Assembly (NCBI GenBank): GCA_046563655.1
Contig: CM102284.1
Span: 62,001 to 126,000 of the forward strand
Direction of reading: 5' to 3'
Source of the DNA: Yuukianura sp. NJ FZ-2021
Lineage: Eukaryota
Length of the DNA: 64,000 nt
In this document: in pieces, positions 13,453 through 27,300 of the stretch
Numbering within the stretch: the first letter of the stretch is position 1
Layout of the letters: each line of letters opens with the position of its first letter
Program-made: the position numbers and the translations under genes
Notes under the pieces: model-generated
The model's input: only the letters and a program-made list of their open reading frames with translations
The model's database searches: none
What the model was told of the DNA's origin: nothing

Positions 13453-16400
13453 CTATGAAAGTTGTTTTGGTTTGAGCGATTCCGTGGATCCGTGTGTTGT
13501 TCCAATGTATTTGTACACTGCTGAGAATCCCTTTGTGTGCACAGTGTCATCTGACTTGAACTTGACAACGATGGACCCATCGGCTGATTTGACTGGCGGA
13601 GGAGTCCGATTCCCACAGAATTTCCCCAGAGACTGCCCACTACTCGCCTCCTCTCCATTCAAAACCTAAATTCAATTCAACAAAAGAAACCAAATGGAAT
13701 TACTTTCACTCTCAAACAGAACACAATCTTACTCTCCACTCAATCAAATCTCATCTCTCATCTCCCAAGGTTCGTTCACTTTCTATATTCTTTAACAGGC
13801 TGGGTAATACCTCATGTATTTTCTATTTTGCAAAAAAAAAAATATCTTTTCATTTCGGGGCATCGTAGTCATCATAATACAGTTATTTTTTAAGTTTTGC
13901 GTACGAATTTGTAACAATTTTTTGGATTGGCACTAATTTTTTGTTTTGTTTTTTCGTTTTTTTTGTCAAGCGGGGTAGTACCTAACCTGTTAAAGCAAAT
14001 TGACTTTTCCTTGTCAAGGAACCTTGCTCAGCTCGAATGGAAACTCAAGTACCAAGGAATCCCATTCCCGTGTCAATTTCCAACATTCACTCATTTCCAA
14101 AATGAACTTTGAAGAGAAAAGTGAAGTGAAAGTGGAAAGTAAAAGTTAAGTTGTTGAGATGAGTTGGACAGGAGAGCGTCGGATGTTGTTAAGTTTGTTA
14201 ATAAAGGAGGTGCTTAAGCTCCTTTGGAAAAGAGAGAAGCTGGTTTGGAAATTGAATTAAGTTGGCTCTTTTAAAAAGGACTTTTTCCTTGGACTTTTGT
14301 GTCCAATCCACTTAGACTTTCTACTCCTTCTTGCGTATTTGAGAAAGTACCTCAACGTAGTCGAATGCGCAGTCTGCTTCGTCCTCTATAGTGAACGTAA
14401 TGAAAGTGAGTTCGATGGGGCCATCTTCCTCGCCCTGAATCACCCATTCACAGTCTTCGTTGTCTGCGTACGGCCAGTCACCGTAGCCAGCATGCGAGTA
14501 CAAATGCGACTCCTCTTCTACCGCAAACAGCAATCCACCGCAAACTAAAAACAAAAACAAAATTTGTTTCAACATTCTGATTGGCTACGGAATTCTGATT
14601 CTGAAATTACAATTTTGTTACCTGTGGAGTATTTAGCGTGAAATCCGCGACGATGAACGCTTCCGTCTGATTTAAAGACAAGCATGAGATAGTTGGTACT
14701 CGCAACCAAAGGATGTGGTGTTTTACTTCCGCAAAAACGACCCAGCAGAGGAACTTCCGATGATGGACCATCGTACACCTACAAAAATGTTTCACAATTG
14801 AAATTCTTAAAAATGAAAGTTGAAAAAATGTGAAAAGTTATATACTTTAAAAAAATTGAGATGTTTGGAGAAAGTTGGAGATCTTACTGCTACACTGTCA
14901 TAACTGCATCCTTGTTGTGGTTCTACTTCGAAATCGTCAAAGACAACCTTGACCCTGTGTCCATTGATGGTTGACAGAATCCAGACACATTCCTTCTTAC
15001 CCGGGTAAGGTTCGGGGTAGCTGGGACTTGTGATTTCTCCTTCCGGTGGTGCACTGATTTCAAATTTGCATCCTCCCTCTTTGCAGTCATGTCCATTATC
15101 ATGTAAAGTAAATCCATTTTGACAGGCACACTGGTAACTTCCCACGGTGTTACGACAGATTTGAGCACAACCTCCGTTGTTAACGGCACATTCATCTTTG
15201 TCTAAGCAAATAGTTAATTCATGATTAAAATTAATCAATTTTCAACACTTTCTCCTCACCCGTGAAGAAGACGAGGGCAAACCCAGTTTTCTGAACGGAA
15301 TTGTCTGTGGTGAAAACAACACGGATGGAATTCCCCTCAGAAGTGATCATTGGTGGAGGTTTGTCTAAAAATTATTATTATTTTCACTATTTAATTTATA
15401 TTTTAATGGCTAAATACTTACTTCCGCAGAAACTGCCATGTCTTTTGAGTTGATCCTGGCCCAACTTGCTGTAAACTTCAACAGAGTCGTAGTCACACTC
15501 TTGCTGCAACAAATCAAGTAAAAGTATTTGAAATTAACACTCCTTTGATTATTGATTTGTTGTTTCCTGACGTTGTTTCCTTCGAGGTCAAAGTGTGTGA
15601 AGTTGATAGTGATTCGTGTCTGTGCAGGAGCCACAATTTCCCATGCGCAGTGTCGATTGGACGGGTAGAGATTAGGGAAAGAGGGACTCGTAAGTGTTCC
15701 GTTGATTTCTTCAATTACTCCGCCACAAGCATCTTCACATTCCCGTCCGTTTGAGTGCAGCTCAAATCCAAACTTACAACCACAAGTATATGAACCTGCA
15801 TTTTACAAATTCAAAATTTAAAAAAAAAAAACCAAATTGAATTTGTATGTTTTGGAAGAGTGAAAGCAGTGAAACTAACCAATTGTATTTTTGCACATGT
15901 GTTCACAGTCGTCCAGTCCCTTCGTACATTCATCAAGTTCTAGAACGAAATAAACAAAGAAAACATTTTAAAAAGTTGAGAGCAAATTTAGCGGAAGGGG
16001 ATTGGAATTGAGGAATTAATTTGGAAATGGTTTGGGGGAGGGGGAAACTAACTTTCTCTTATTTTATTCCTCCCTTTTTCCTTTTAATTGTCCCTTTTAA
16101 TTTTCCCCTTTTAATCCCTTTTAATAACCCTAATTGTCGATTTCAGCTGAGATCGGGAGTGGCGATTCGCTAGGGTAATTGTCGATTTCAGGTGAGATCG
16201 GGGGTGGCGATTCGCTAGGGTAATTGTCGATTTCAGCTGAGATCGGGGGGTGGCGATTCGCTAGGGTAATTGTCGATTTCAGCTGAGATCGGGGGTGGCG
16301 ATTCGCTAGGGTAATTGTCGATTTCAGCTGAGATCGGGGGTGGCGATTTGCTAGGGTAATTGTCGATTTCGGCTGAGATCGGGGGTGGCGATTCGCTAGG

Positions 16401-19400
16401 GTAATTGTCGATTTCAGCTGACATCGGGGGTGACGATTCGCTAGGGTAGCGACACATTTTGCAGGTGGTTTGGAGGCGGGGTAGATGAGGAATTATTATG
16501 CAGGTTGTTTTTGGGTTGCGGGGTAAAGAAAGTTGGGTGGGGTGGTGCAAATGGTGAAAGCAGCTTTTTCTTCCTTTGTTTTTGTTTTCATAGCGTTGAG
16601 AAAGGTATGGTGGGGTGCAGGTGTTTTAGGGGGCGGGGTAAAAGAGTGGAAGAAAGTGGGGGGGGGGTGGGGGGGTGCAAATCGAAAAAGCAACTTTCTC
16701 TTTTTTCATGCTAATTTTTCCTAAGTATTTTTTTTTCTGCTTTCATTTGAAGTTTCCAAAACTGTAGTATTTTTAAAATGTACCTTTCAAGTATGCTGCT
16801 GAGAATCCTGCCTTCTGGACACTTCCGTCAGAGACAAATCTGACCCAGAGGTTGTTAGAGGATGAAGTGATGGCAGTACTGGGTGGAGTGTAGCCACAGA
16901 AAGTGCCGATGAGAGTAGAATTTTGGCTTAAACCATCTCTTACTTCGAGGAAGTCGTAGACGCAGTTTTCATGATTCTCTATTTCGAAAGAATGGAATGT
17001 GAGAGACACCTTCAAAAGCGGAAGGTCAATCAGAAACCAGAGAAACACAAAGGTCAGAGGTCAAGGGAGAGCAGAGTACCTGGTAGCCCAAGGGCACTGT
17101 GATTCTCCAGATGCATTCTTTAGAGGGCAAGTACTCGTCCGGAAAGTTAGGACTCTCGATGTGTCCAGAGTCTCCGATTAAGTGACCTCCACAAACAGCT
17201 AAACACAAAGTAATTCATTAAAATACAGAATGTCAGAGGTCAGTGACCTCGCAATCACCTTCGTAGTTGGCCTTGAACCCTCTGTAAGTAGAGGGATGTT
17301 GCGTCGTCTGATATGTGAGCAGCATCCGAGCTCCAGTAGAAATAATCGCAGTGTCAAAGTTTAGATTTGACCCACAGAATCGACCTTTCTTCCACAAAAA
17401 CAAAAATTTGAATTTTCCAAATTTTCAATTTTTGACAATTGACAAAAATTTTGATGAAATTGTTAAAATGTGATGTTACCAAGTAGAGGGCTCTTGTGCC
17501 AGTATCCATCTCTAATTTCTAGGAAGTCGTATTTGCATCCGTCTGAATAGGGGAGATCAAAGTCAGTGATGTTGAGGATGATGGTTTCTCCGTGGGTGGC
17601 TACGATCCGCCATTCGCACCTTTCTCCCTCCTCCACCTTCCCATTCAACTCCACCGAAGTGGGTGGGGCCGTCGTGGAGTTGGAACTGTTCCCACTACTA
17701 CCCGGGTGAAATGGAGAGTGGAAATGGCCGTTTGGTTCCTGAAAAGTTCTTCCACATGCTGCAAAATTTAATTGAAACGATGAAAAGAAAGTTTGTTTGT
17801 CAATTTCAGAATTTTTCTGTTCTTTTGATTTTTTTTTCTCACAGGGGCATTTGTAGAGTTTGTTTGCTTGAGCAATGTCGCCGCTGCTGAGTCTGATTCT
17901 CTGTCCGATCTCTGGCCGATGTCTCGAATTTCCGTTTTCCTTGGGCAGAATCGTATCCAGAAAAGTGCTCTGTACAAAGTAAAATGTTACTTTTAGTAAG
18001 TAGAAGTTAGTGATGGAAAGATGAGGTCAAAGGTCACGAGATTACTCTGGAGAAGGTGTTTCTGGCGTAGTGCATGATGGAGTCAAAGTCATAGGATTGC
18101 CCGAGGGAGTTGACCTCGTCCGGAGTCAGTTTGTTAAAGTTGTACTCTTGTCCAGTCATTATGTTTTCTCGGATGATGTCCACATGATGCTCTCTGTCCG
18201 GTCGAGTATGTTCGTGCCAAAATCCAACTGCGTGACCCAGCTCATGAACCACAATTCCAAACTTATCACAGTTCTTCCCAATCGAAATGGCCTACAAACA
18301 TACAACATTTTCAAAATTTCAGTTTTTTTTTAGTTGGAAAGAATTTTGAGATTGATTTTTACCTGTGGTCCATTTCCTCTTTTTCCCACGAAACTGCAGC
18401 ATCCGCATGCTTTCTCCGTGAACACAATGTAGTTGGGATGTGCGTCAGTTCTCTCTACAAATTTAACGCAAGTGTTGTTTTCCCAGTGTCGCATGGCCTG
18501 CAAACAAAGGTTAAAAAATAGTTACTCCCTCCATTTTTTACACATTTCAATTTTTGTAAACCTGTTTGAAGAGTGTTTTGTGAGCTCCGCTGAAGTTGCC
18601 GTCTATTTCGTATGGAATGACTCCAAAGTCCCAGATTCTCTCTCGTCGTGCCGTCGCTGCACGACGTCGTCGCTCTCTCAGCGTCTGTCTGGAAACAGGG
18701 GGAAGTGAAATAATTTTTTTTTTTAAACATGAAATTTTTTTTTTTTGAAAAATGTTGTAAAGTTACCGAGTGACAAGTTGAGGGGATGACACAAGAGAGT
18801 TGTCCCCCAGCACAATGTCGTCCATGCGCTCTGGAAAAGCATGTAGAATAAAAAGTGTAACTTTTTAACAAGAGCAAACGATTAATTAAGAGGCAATTGA
18901 TCCACATACACGTGTGAATCATATCTACTTACTCACCCCAACTCCCAAAACCAAAGTTTTTTTGTTTCAATTCAAAAATTTTCAAACAAAATTTTACATT
19001 TTCATTTTTTCGGGAGTGAAGTCAGGATGAGCGTGACCTCGTCGTTCTGCATTTTAACTTTGTCTGTTGACCCTCAAATTTAAAACTTTGGCAAACCTTG
19101 AAGGTCAAATTTTTTAAACTTTTCAGCGTTTGATAAGAACTTTGAGTTTTATAATGCGCAGAAACAATGTTGTTAAATTGTGCAAATGTAAAAGTTTGAC
19201 TACCTTTGGCGTATGCTTTGCAGATATCCAAGTCCACATCGCTGGAGACTGATGGCTGGAACACTGTTTCCAGTAATTCATGTACACTAAACTTGGATTT
19301 AGTCGTAGTTTTGCTAGTGTTAGTGTGAACAGAGTGTGTAATGGCTAGTGTTGAAAGTGTTAGAAACAGGAGTAGTTTGGTGGAAGGGACGGGGGTCCTT

Positions 19401-19408
19401 GGTCCCAT
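13453..19408 (-). CDS. tld/BMP1: Tolloid/BMP1-like astacin metalloprotease (astacin-CUB-CUB-EGF-CUB-EGF-CUB-CUB)
   Basis: Signal peptide [23 protein letters not shown]; prodomain DLDICKA...[30 protein letters not shown]; zinc motif [18 protein letters not shown]; Met-turn SIMHY; CUB exons ([41 protein letters not shown]) and EGF exons ([27 protein letters not shown]). Confidence 0.97.
16131..16447. repeat. 45-bp minisatellite, 7 copies, in a tolloid intron
   Basis: Unit TAATTGTCGATTTCAGCTGAGATCGGGGGTGGCGATTCGCTAGGG; same family as 27338-28053. Confidence 0.95.
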
Positions 19409-20904
19409 TTTAGCCCTTGCTCGGAGGGAGACAAAGTGAGACTGAACTTCCTCCACTTCACACCCTCTTAGCACGAAGTCACTTTTTAAGTTCTGGAGTT
19501 ATATGGTCCATCCGAGAGTCTATGGCTATCTGGACATGGACAGGATGGACTGTGTCACTCCCCTCCACAAAAAAGAGAGTTGCCATAGGAGTGATACGCC
19601 AGAGGTCAAATGTCACCCATTGTAAATAGCATGTAAACTCATAATCAAACTACTTTTTACATCCAATTAAACCCCAATCACAAACAACTTCCACCAACAA
19701 AAAACTTGCGCAGATCAAAAACTAAAGAAGCGTCAACTTGAGAAGTCACAGAGCGTGAGATTGCTTGCCAGACTTTTGACGTAGCCAGAATCACTTCCGT
19801 GTAACTCATCTTCGATGGAACTTTTGGGGTGACTATGAAATGCAGATAATTTGAAAAACACTTTTTAAAACAGTTTCAATGCTTCTTCAAAAACAAAGTT
19901 TGAAAAGTGCAGTTGACTCTTTAGAGTGACAATTGAACTTCCTGGAAGAGGGGATGCATTTGGAAACTCAAATTCACAGCGTCACTTTGGCTCTTCTGCT
20001 TTTGTGATGATTTGGAAAGTGCCGAAGGGGTAGTCCAAGGAATTCCCAAGTCTTTTCAAAATTTTAAAACAAGGTTTCTTTTCTAAAGTTTACAAAATCC
20101 CTTTTCTAAAACTGTGCCTTCTGTTTGTCCAAGAGATTTGAAACAAAAGGGAGGTTTAGGATTTGGCAAATGTTCAGGATTTGGAATCTGTTTAGAAAAA
20201 AGGCTGTTTTGTGCTTTGCATTTCCTCTGAAAGACGCTTGAAGCGATTAATCTCCACACAGATGTTTTCATCTCTACACATTTGCAAATTCTAAAGAATA
20301 CACAAATTCATTACAATTCAAGCTCAGTCCGAAATACTTTTCTACTCCTCAATTGTTTTAATGTTTTAACAAATTGGCATGCAAAAAATTGATTTTGAAT
20401 CTGAGAGATTTGACGTTACTTTCGTGAGTTCAAAATCGCTTTCACTTCAATGTTTGTTGCACTTTACATTTTCGTCACTTGCAGTTTTTTGTAAATAGTG
20501 CTGGATTCGCATATTTGGAAGTAGAGATTCGCAAATTGATGGATTTTCGCAAGAGTGAGATCACTTGTGTTTTGAGGAATGGAATTTGGTAGTTTAGGGG
20601 AAGAGGGATCTGATTTCGTACGGTGTAACCCACGCCGCCACGCCTTGACTCTCCTCGTCTCCTTTTCGCAAAGTCAACTTTTAACATCCGAATTGGCGAA
20701 ATTCTAAACCGCTCATTCTAAAAATAGGGAAGATGAGAACAGAAGACACAAGGAAGGAAAGTGTAGTTCCAGTCGGAGGTTGGTGGGTCACCTTAGTCCT
20801 CGCTTCCTACTTTTAGCACAACTTTCTCGGTTCTCATTTTGCAAATTCTACAAATCTTGGATTTTAGAAAGTAAATTGCACAATTTAGAAAAAGGAATCT
20901 CGGG

Positions 20905-23900
20905 ATGACTTCGATCAGACTCGCTCGCCCTTCCAGCAACACGCCTTGGGGATTCAGAATCCACGGTGGAAAGGACTTTAACCAACCTCTCATCATCCTC
21001 AAGGTCAAACTCATTTTAATTAGATTAATTTTAAGTATTTTAATTAATATTTATATATAAAGTACTACTTTAAGTTCTGCTCAAATCGAACAATGCATCC
21101 AGCTATTCAACCTTTTGTCATGGAACTAGAACTCAAAAATTTCATTTCAAATTCAAATTTCGTAAAAAGTGAAGTTGGTTTTTAGAAAAAGCGGAAGAGT
21201 GACGTGACCCAATAAGCGTCTTTATCCCTTAGGAATTGCCACACTTTTCCATTTTCACTTTTTGCACACGAAAAGTCACTTTCTTGGCTTCCACCTCCCG
21301 ACTTTATCCCACTTACTTCCTGAACTTTATTTTTAGACTAAAGACTAACACTTCTTAGTCTTTTCTACAAAATCACAACTTTTTAGTCTCTGTTTCAAAT
21401 AATTGAGACAAGATGAGGGCATTATCTAGACACATGTGGGTCAAGGGTGACGCCGTGTCAAGTCTAAAGAATGGAATGCAATGATCACTTCGCACCCGAA
21501 TGACAGGATTTATGTTTCTGCCAAAAGACTCAAAATGAGTATCCTATTTTTTAGTTTTACTTTTAGTACTTTTTAGAATATTTTGTTATTTTTGTTTTCA
21601 TTTGGTAGGTGAATGGAGGTTCGATTGCAGAGCAGAGTGGTCTGAGTCCTGGAGATGCTATTCTTGCGATCAACGGGCGAGATGCGTTGAGTTTGAAGCA
21701 CAAGGAGGCACAGGAACTGATGCTGTTGGGTGGGAATGTGGTTGACTTTGTGGTGCAGAAGGGAGCCACTTCCACTTGGGGGCCAAAGGTCACTCCACTC
21801 GGTCAACTAAACCCACGACAACCCACTTACACCCAAACATCTCTCAAAAAAGAACATGGACCCACCTATGTCCCACGTCCCGGAATCAATTCAAACGCTA
21901 AACCATTCGAATCCCAGGTCATTCCGGGATTTCACTTTCTCCACTTTCTCTCATGCAAAAGCAATGTTTTTAATACTCACAACTGAAATTTCAGTTGATT
22001 CCAATCCACAGAATTATAAAAAATTCCATTTACATTTTCCCCAAAATCCAAAAATTAATTTAATTTCCGGAAAAGTTAAATTTGTGCTTTGAAGTTTTTC
22101 ATTTTGTTTTTTTGTAGGGAGGTCAGCGGTTGGTGAACAAGCAGTTCAACACTCCCATCAACTTGTACAGCGAACAGAATTTAGCAGAAACCATGTCAGC
22201 CCAAGCAGAAGTTCTCGCAGGAGGAGCCATCGGGTATTCTATCAATTTCAAAATCCAAAATTAAAATTTTGAATTTGAAATGTAAATTTTGATTAATTCG
22301 AGGCAGAGTGAACTTTAAGAAGAACGAGAAAGAGTACAAGTACGAAGACAGCGAAGTGTACAAGATGCTCAAGGAAGTAGAGAACGAACCTCCTCGACCA
22401 CACTCCCAGAACGACGACTACGCAAGAAGTAACTTTATTTTATATTATTTTGAATAAATTATTTTATATTATTTGAATAAATTATTTTATATTATTGGAA
22501 TTAATTATTTGATGTACTTGAAGGTGTTCCGATTGCTGTGACTCCGTACTGTTCGTCATCGCAGAAGTCTCCAATGCAGCCTTCTCCCAACTTGCCATCG
22601 CAACATTCACTTCTCAAAAGCGTCCAAGCTCCCACGACACAGCCAACGACAAGTGCTGGAGGCCACAACCCAAACCTCTGTGCGGAATGCGAACGCCTCA
22701 TTGTGTAAAAACATTTTTATAATACAACTAATTCCGTTTATCAATTTAATCATAATACAACTAATTCCGTTTATCAATTTAATCATAATACAACTAATTC
22801 CGTTTATTAATATAAACGAAATTACCCCGTATGACTCAATGCGAGAGAAATGAAATGAGATAAACGTCGTAGAAAAAAAATTACTCTCCACCTTGCAACT
22901 TTTCCTATCGCACGCAATGAGAACTTTCCTATCTCTCGCAATGGAAGTTTGTCCATCTCTCACAACGACAACTTTCCCATCTCTCCTAATGTAACTTTTC
23001 CTATTTCACGCTGTGTAAACTTTCCTATCTCTCACTCTATGAATCTCTCCCCTTCTCCCAAAATTTGCTCATACAAACTGTAGTGGTTTCCTCATTTAAA
23101 ATTAAATAATTTTATGCTTTTCCAGTGGCGTTTTTGTTCGGATCAAAGACAAGAATCTGCACGTGGAATGCTTCAAATGCACTACTTGTGGAACCAGCCT
23201 CAAAAACATCGGTAAAACTTATACAAATATTAAAATATTTAAAGTTCCTCTTTTAATTGGAATTAATTGTGTTAAATATTAGGATACTTCAACATCAACA
23301 ACAAGCTGTACTGCGATGTGCATGCCAAATGTGTTGCCAAAGTCAATCCACCGGCGCCTGGCCTCGAACCCTACGCCACTTTTCCTAGGTCAGTCACCCT
23401 CTCCAGTGGATCACAATTCTCACTTTAATATTTTCATTAAGTACATTTGAATCAGACTTTCCAGGAACTTTTTATTTTGTTCTCGCTAAAGTTGCGGAAA
23501 CAATTTGGCCTACAATTTTCTTTTGCCTCCTTTTCCTTAGTTTGCAAATATTTGTTTTTACTTTTTAATATTTGTTTGCTTGAATTTTAATTTGCTTTGT
23601 ATGGCTGCGCCTATCGGAATCACTAACTAAGCAGCGACATAACTGCAAATGAAAGTCCATTTGGAGATGATCTCCTGCTCAAGCTCTACACGGAGGAGTC
23701 ATCGCTGGACCAGGAAATGTAACGCTTATTCTTTGCATTTTTTAAAAAAGTGCCAAAGAGAGGAATTCGGAGAAGTGGAGCAAATGCTAAATATTTGGCA
23801 CTTTCTCTTAGATCTTCCAACGCATATGGCAAAACCATCCCCATCTCCAAGCCATTCAACTACTCCCCTGGCACTCACCCAACTGTGGACACGTATTCAT

Positions 23901-25862
23901 CCAACATGGCACCCATCCCATACCATGTAACCAAAATTACATTTTTACATAATTACATAAGTTACATCAAATATGTTACACAAAAATAATATTAACTAAT
24001 GTATTTTTATCATGTTCCAGCATTCGCCTACCCAGACGCATCATGTCGCAGCTCCCAAATCACCTTTGGTACGGCATTTACAACCTCAAAAAAGTTTTTA
24101 AAAAAAAAATTCAAAGTTTTTTAAGTTTTTTTTTAAAGCTTTCCAACTTTGCAATTTCTGAAACTTTGATTTCGAAGCTTCTGCAAATTCCGAAATTTTG
24201 ATTTCCAACTGAAAGTTTTCACTTCAATTTCTGAAAGTTTGACTTTGAAACTTTGGAATTGATGAGAATGTGTTAAAGTTTGTTGACTTTTTAGATTGGG
24301 GGTCAAGGTCAAGTATACCCTTCGACTGGATACAGCACCAGTGGCGGGTCAAGCAAAATTTACGAAACGAAATCCTCTTCTTTTTCTGAGACAATCACGA
24401 AATCTGGTGGGAAGTTTGTGTGGCCGCCGCAGAAGGGGGAGGACGAGGTCATGATGGGGTCAGAACCACTTCTGCAACAAACGTCCTTCTCAGATTCTTA
24501 CTCTACTTTGGGGTCAAGTGCCCCCTCTGCAGGGGTCACGATCCCCATCACCCCCTACACACCTCTCCTCGCTCCCACACAAGTGAACCCACCCACTTAT
24601 GCCCCCCTGGGGGGAGCCACTTATAAACCAGTCCACAAACCAGCCTACAAGCCTCAAGTCCCCTTCAAGTCCAACACTGCTCTCCTCGCAACGAAACCGA
24701 CTTCAACGGGGGGTTCCTATGTTCCCCCACCATTTGCCCCCTCTGGGGGTTTGTCCCCTTCTTATGGTGCTCCCACTGCTGCCAAGGGCAAAGGGCAGTT
24801 CGGAAGGGGGATTCTGCCCATGCGCGGAAAGGGAATTCTCACGCAACCAGGACCACGCATCGCTATCTGTGCTTCCTGCAACAAACAAATCAGGTTCACA
24901 CTACAATATCAACTATTTTCCAAATACACTCAAAAAACTAAAAAAAAAGTCAAGAAATTAGCATTTTTGAGTGTTTTTTTTAAATGACCAATTTTTGCAG
25001 TTTTTTTTCAAAGTGCTGAATACTTTGCAGAGGGCCGTTCATTAGTGCAGGGGCAGGTAAGATCTACTGCCCAGAGCACTTCAAGTGCCACACTCCGAGT
25101 TGTCGCCGTCCTCTGCTGGAGATTGGATTCGTTGAAGAGCGAGGTGGGTTGTACTGCGAGTACTGCTGGGAGTCCTACTTGGCTCCCGAGTGCTCCCGAT
25201 GTCGCCGTCGCATCAAGAACGAGTGCCTCAACGCCATTGGCCAGCACTTCCACCCAACTTGCTTCCAATGTGCTCACTGTGCAACCACTTTCAGCAACAA
25301 CCCTTTCTACTTGGAAGACGGAAGACCATACTGCGAAAAAGGCAACAAATTACTTACTTTTAATAACTATTTAATTTAGTTTCAATCACAATTTAATGTA
25401 ATTTATAATAATTATTGCTCAATGTGTAGATTGGAATGACATGTTCACTACCAAGTGCTACGCTTGTGGGTTCGCAATTGAAGCGGGCGATCGATGGGTA
25501 GAGGCTTTGTCCAACAACTATCGTAAGCCAACACATCAAAATTTCAACGTTTTGAAAAAAAATTTCACAATTTTGAAACAGATTTTTCAAAAAAAAATTT
25601 TGTGGAATTTTAACTTTGTTTGACTTTGTAGACTCGCAGTGCTTCAACTGTTCAGTAAGTTCGGATGATTGGAAAAGATGAGCAACTGAAAATCCTACAT
25701 TTTGTTTTACACAATTACAGAACTTGATTATTGAAAAGAAGTTTTTCAAAAATTGGTTTGACTTTTTGTTTTCGTGGTTGTTAGGCCTGCAAGAAGAACT
25801 TGGAGGGTCAAAGCTTCTTTGCCAAAGGAGGGCGTCCATTCTGCAAGCAACATGCGCGATGA
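20905..25862 (+). CDS. Zasp52: Zasp/Enigma-family PDZ-LIM protein (PDZ, ZM motif, 4 LIM domains)
   Basis: PDZ: MTSIRLARPSSNTPWGFRIHGGKDFNQPLIILK|VNGGSIAEQSGLSPGDAILAING. ZM motif: LVNKQFNTPINLYSEQNLAETMSAQAEVL. LIM1: CAECERLI..KDKNLHVECFKCTTCGTSLKNIGYFNINNKLYCDVH. Three C-terminal LIMs ending GGRPFCKQHAR* (TGA 25860-25862). Confidence 0.95.
22719..22807. repeat. 33-bp intronic tandem repeat, ~2.7 copies
   Basis: ATAATACAACTAATTCCGTTTATCAATTTAATC starts at 22719, 22752 and 22785. Confidence 0.9.
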
Positions 25863-26074
25863 GGGCAACGGAAAATCAAGTCAGGGCACTACGTTGCGTC
25901 CCACCATTTAAAAAACAGTAATTTTATTCAAAAAGTCAAAAAGTTATAAAGGTGAAGAAGAGGGAGAGTGGTGGAGTCATTGGAAATAAATCTACTCCGA
26001 GTCGAACTAATTCACAGTTATTTAGCAAAGTAATTAACAAACTAATTAATTAAGTAGTGTTGTAATTAAGTAGT

Positions 26075-26834
26075 TTAGAGGGCGTGGTCGAATCTTTGAT
26101 CTTGTGACCCCACGAAGAAACCCTCTTGTGAAACCGACGTCAGCAGCTGCCTCCGATCACTTGCACGCCGTCTACAAAAATCAAAATCAATTCCACTTTC
26201 TCCTCCATTTCTTCATCCTCTGCCTGTGCTTTCTCCATCTGTATTTCTCTCATCTCTTCTCCCATCTCCCTTAATGTTAATTTTTGAAACAGGTTAAAAA
26301 CTTACTTCAAGTTGAAATGACGTGTGAAATAAATAATAGTCAAGATGACAGCTATTGAAATCAACACTCCGACAGCTACTAAAGCCCAGACTGAGCCCTT
26401 GGCATCCGGAAGTGGGAGCACAGGCACTTCCGTCGTCACTCCAGTCGTCAACTCCACCCGCCCAGTCGGCCATGTCCAGTCTCCACTTACGCCAAAGTCA
26501 GAAATGTTAGCACTTTCTACTCCATCTTCATCTTCTGTAGTTGTTGATGTACTGCCAGTATTTCCAAAGTCCAACGTCACGGGAGGGTCACTTGTGTTCA
26601 AAATGAGTCCATCTCCTAACTCTGTCACTGGAACCAACGTTCCGTTCATGGAAGGGTAACTCCTTGTCCCATTTCCATCCAAATCACACTCAACTGTTAA
26701 ACAAATACCAACAAATTTTAGTTAGGACTTTCACAAAATTAAAAAGTTATCGTTTTTAGTCCAAAAGTTATCAAAGCTTTTTACTCACCACTAGCAAATA
26801 AAATCCATGTTAGGACGAACATTTTGTAGGTCAT
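26075..26834 (-). CDS. Small type-I single-pass membrane protein with Ser/Thr-rich ectodomain
   Basis: Three exons splice in frame: signal MTYKMFVLTWILFAS|VECDLDGNGT.., N-glycosylation sequons, TM VWALVAVGVLISIAVILTIIYF, tail RHFNLK|RRASDRRQLL...DHAL*. Confidence 0.8.
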
Positions 26835-27300
26835 GTTGGATTTCATTTTGGATTTTTAACTTTTGGATTTTGCGAAGCGGGTAACAAAAAATGGAGGCGG
26901 AATTGGTGGAATGTCTTCGCTAATTTTCGACGAAGTTGCAGGAGAAAGTTTTGTTTTTCTGTATTTCTAAGCAACTTTGCAAACTTTAAATGACGTTCCA
27001 GTACTACCGAATGAAACCTCACTCAATCATCACATGCTGCAAAATTATTCTGTGCCAATCGAATGCAAAGTGACGAGCTAATCTGTTTGTTATCAGTTGA
27101 ATCATGCGTCACTCCCACGATCCGAATCAGGATTCGCAAACTTCATAGAACAATTTGCACTACATCGATCAATAAACAACTGTTTACTGCAAATGGACTT
27201 TCTGGAGTGCCTAATTCTGCAGGAATAACTGCAATGTCGCATTCCACAATTTCTGCAACACAGCACAACCAATATCAAGTGTGTGATGCTAATCATATCA

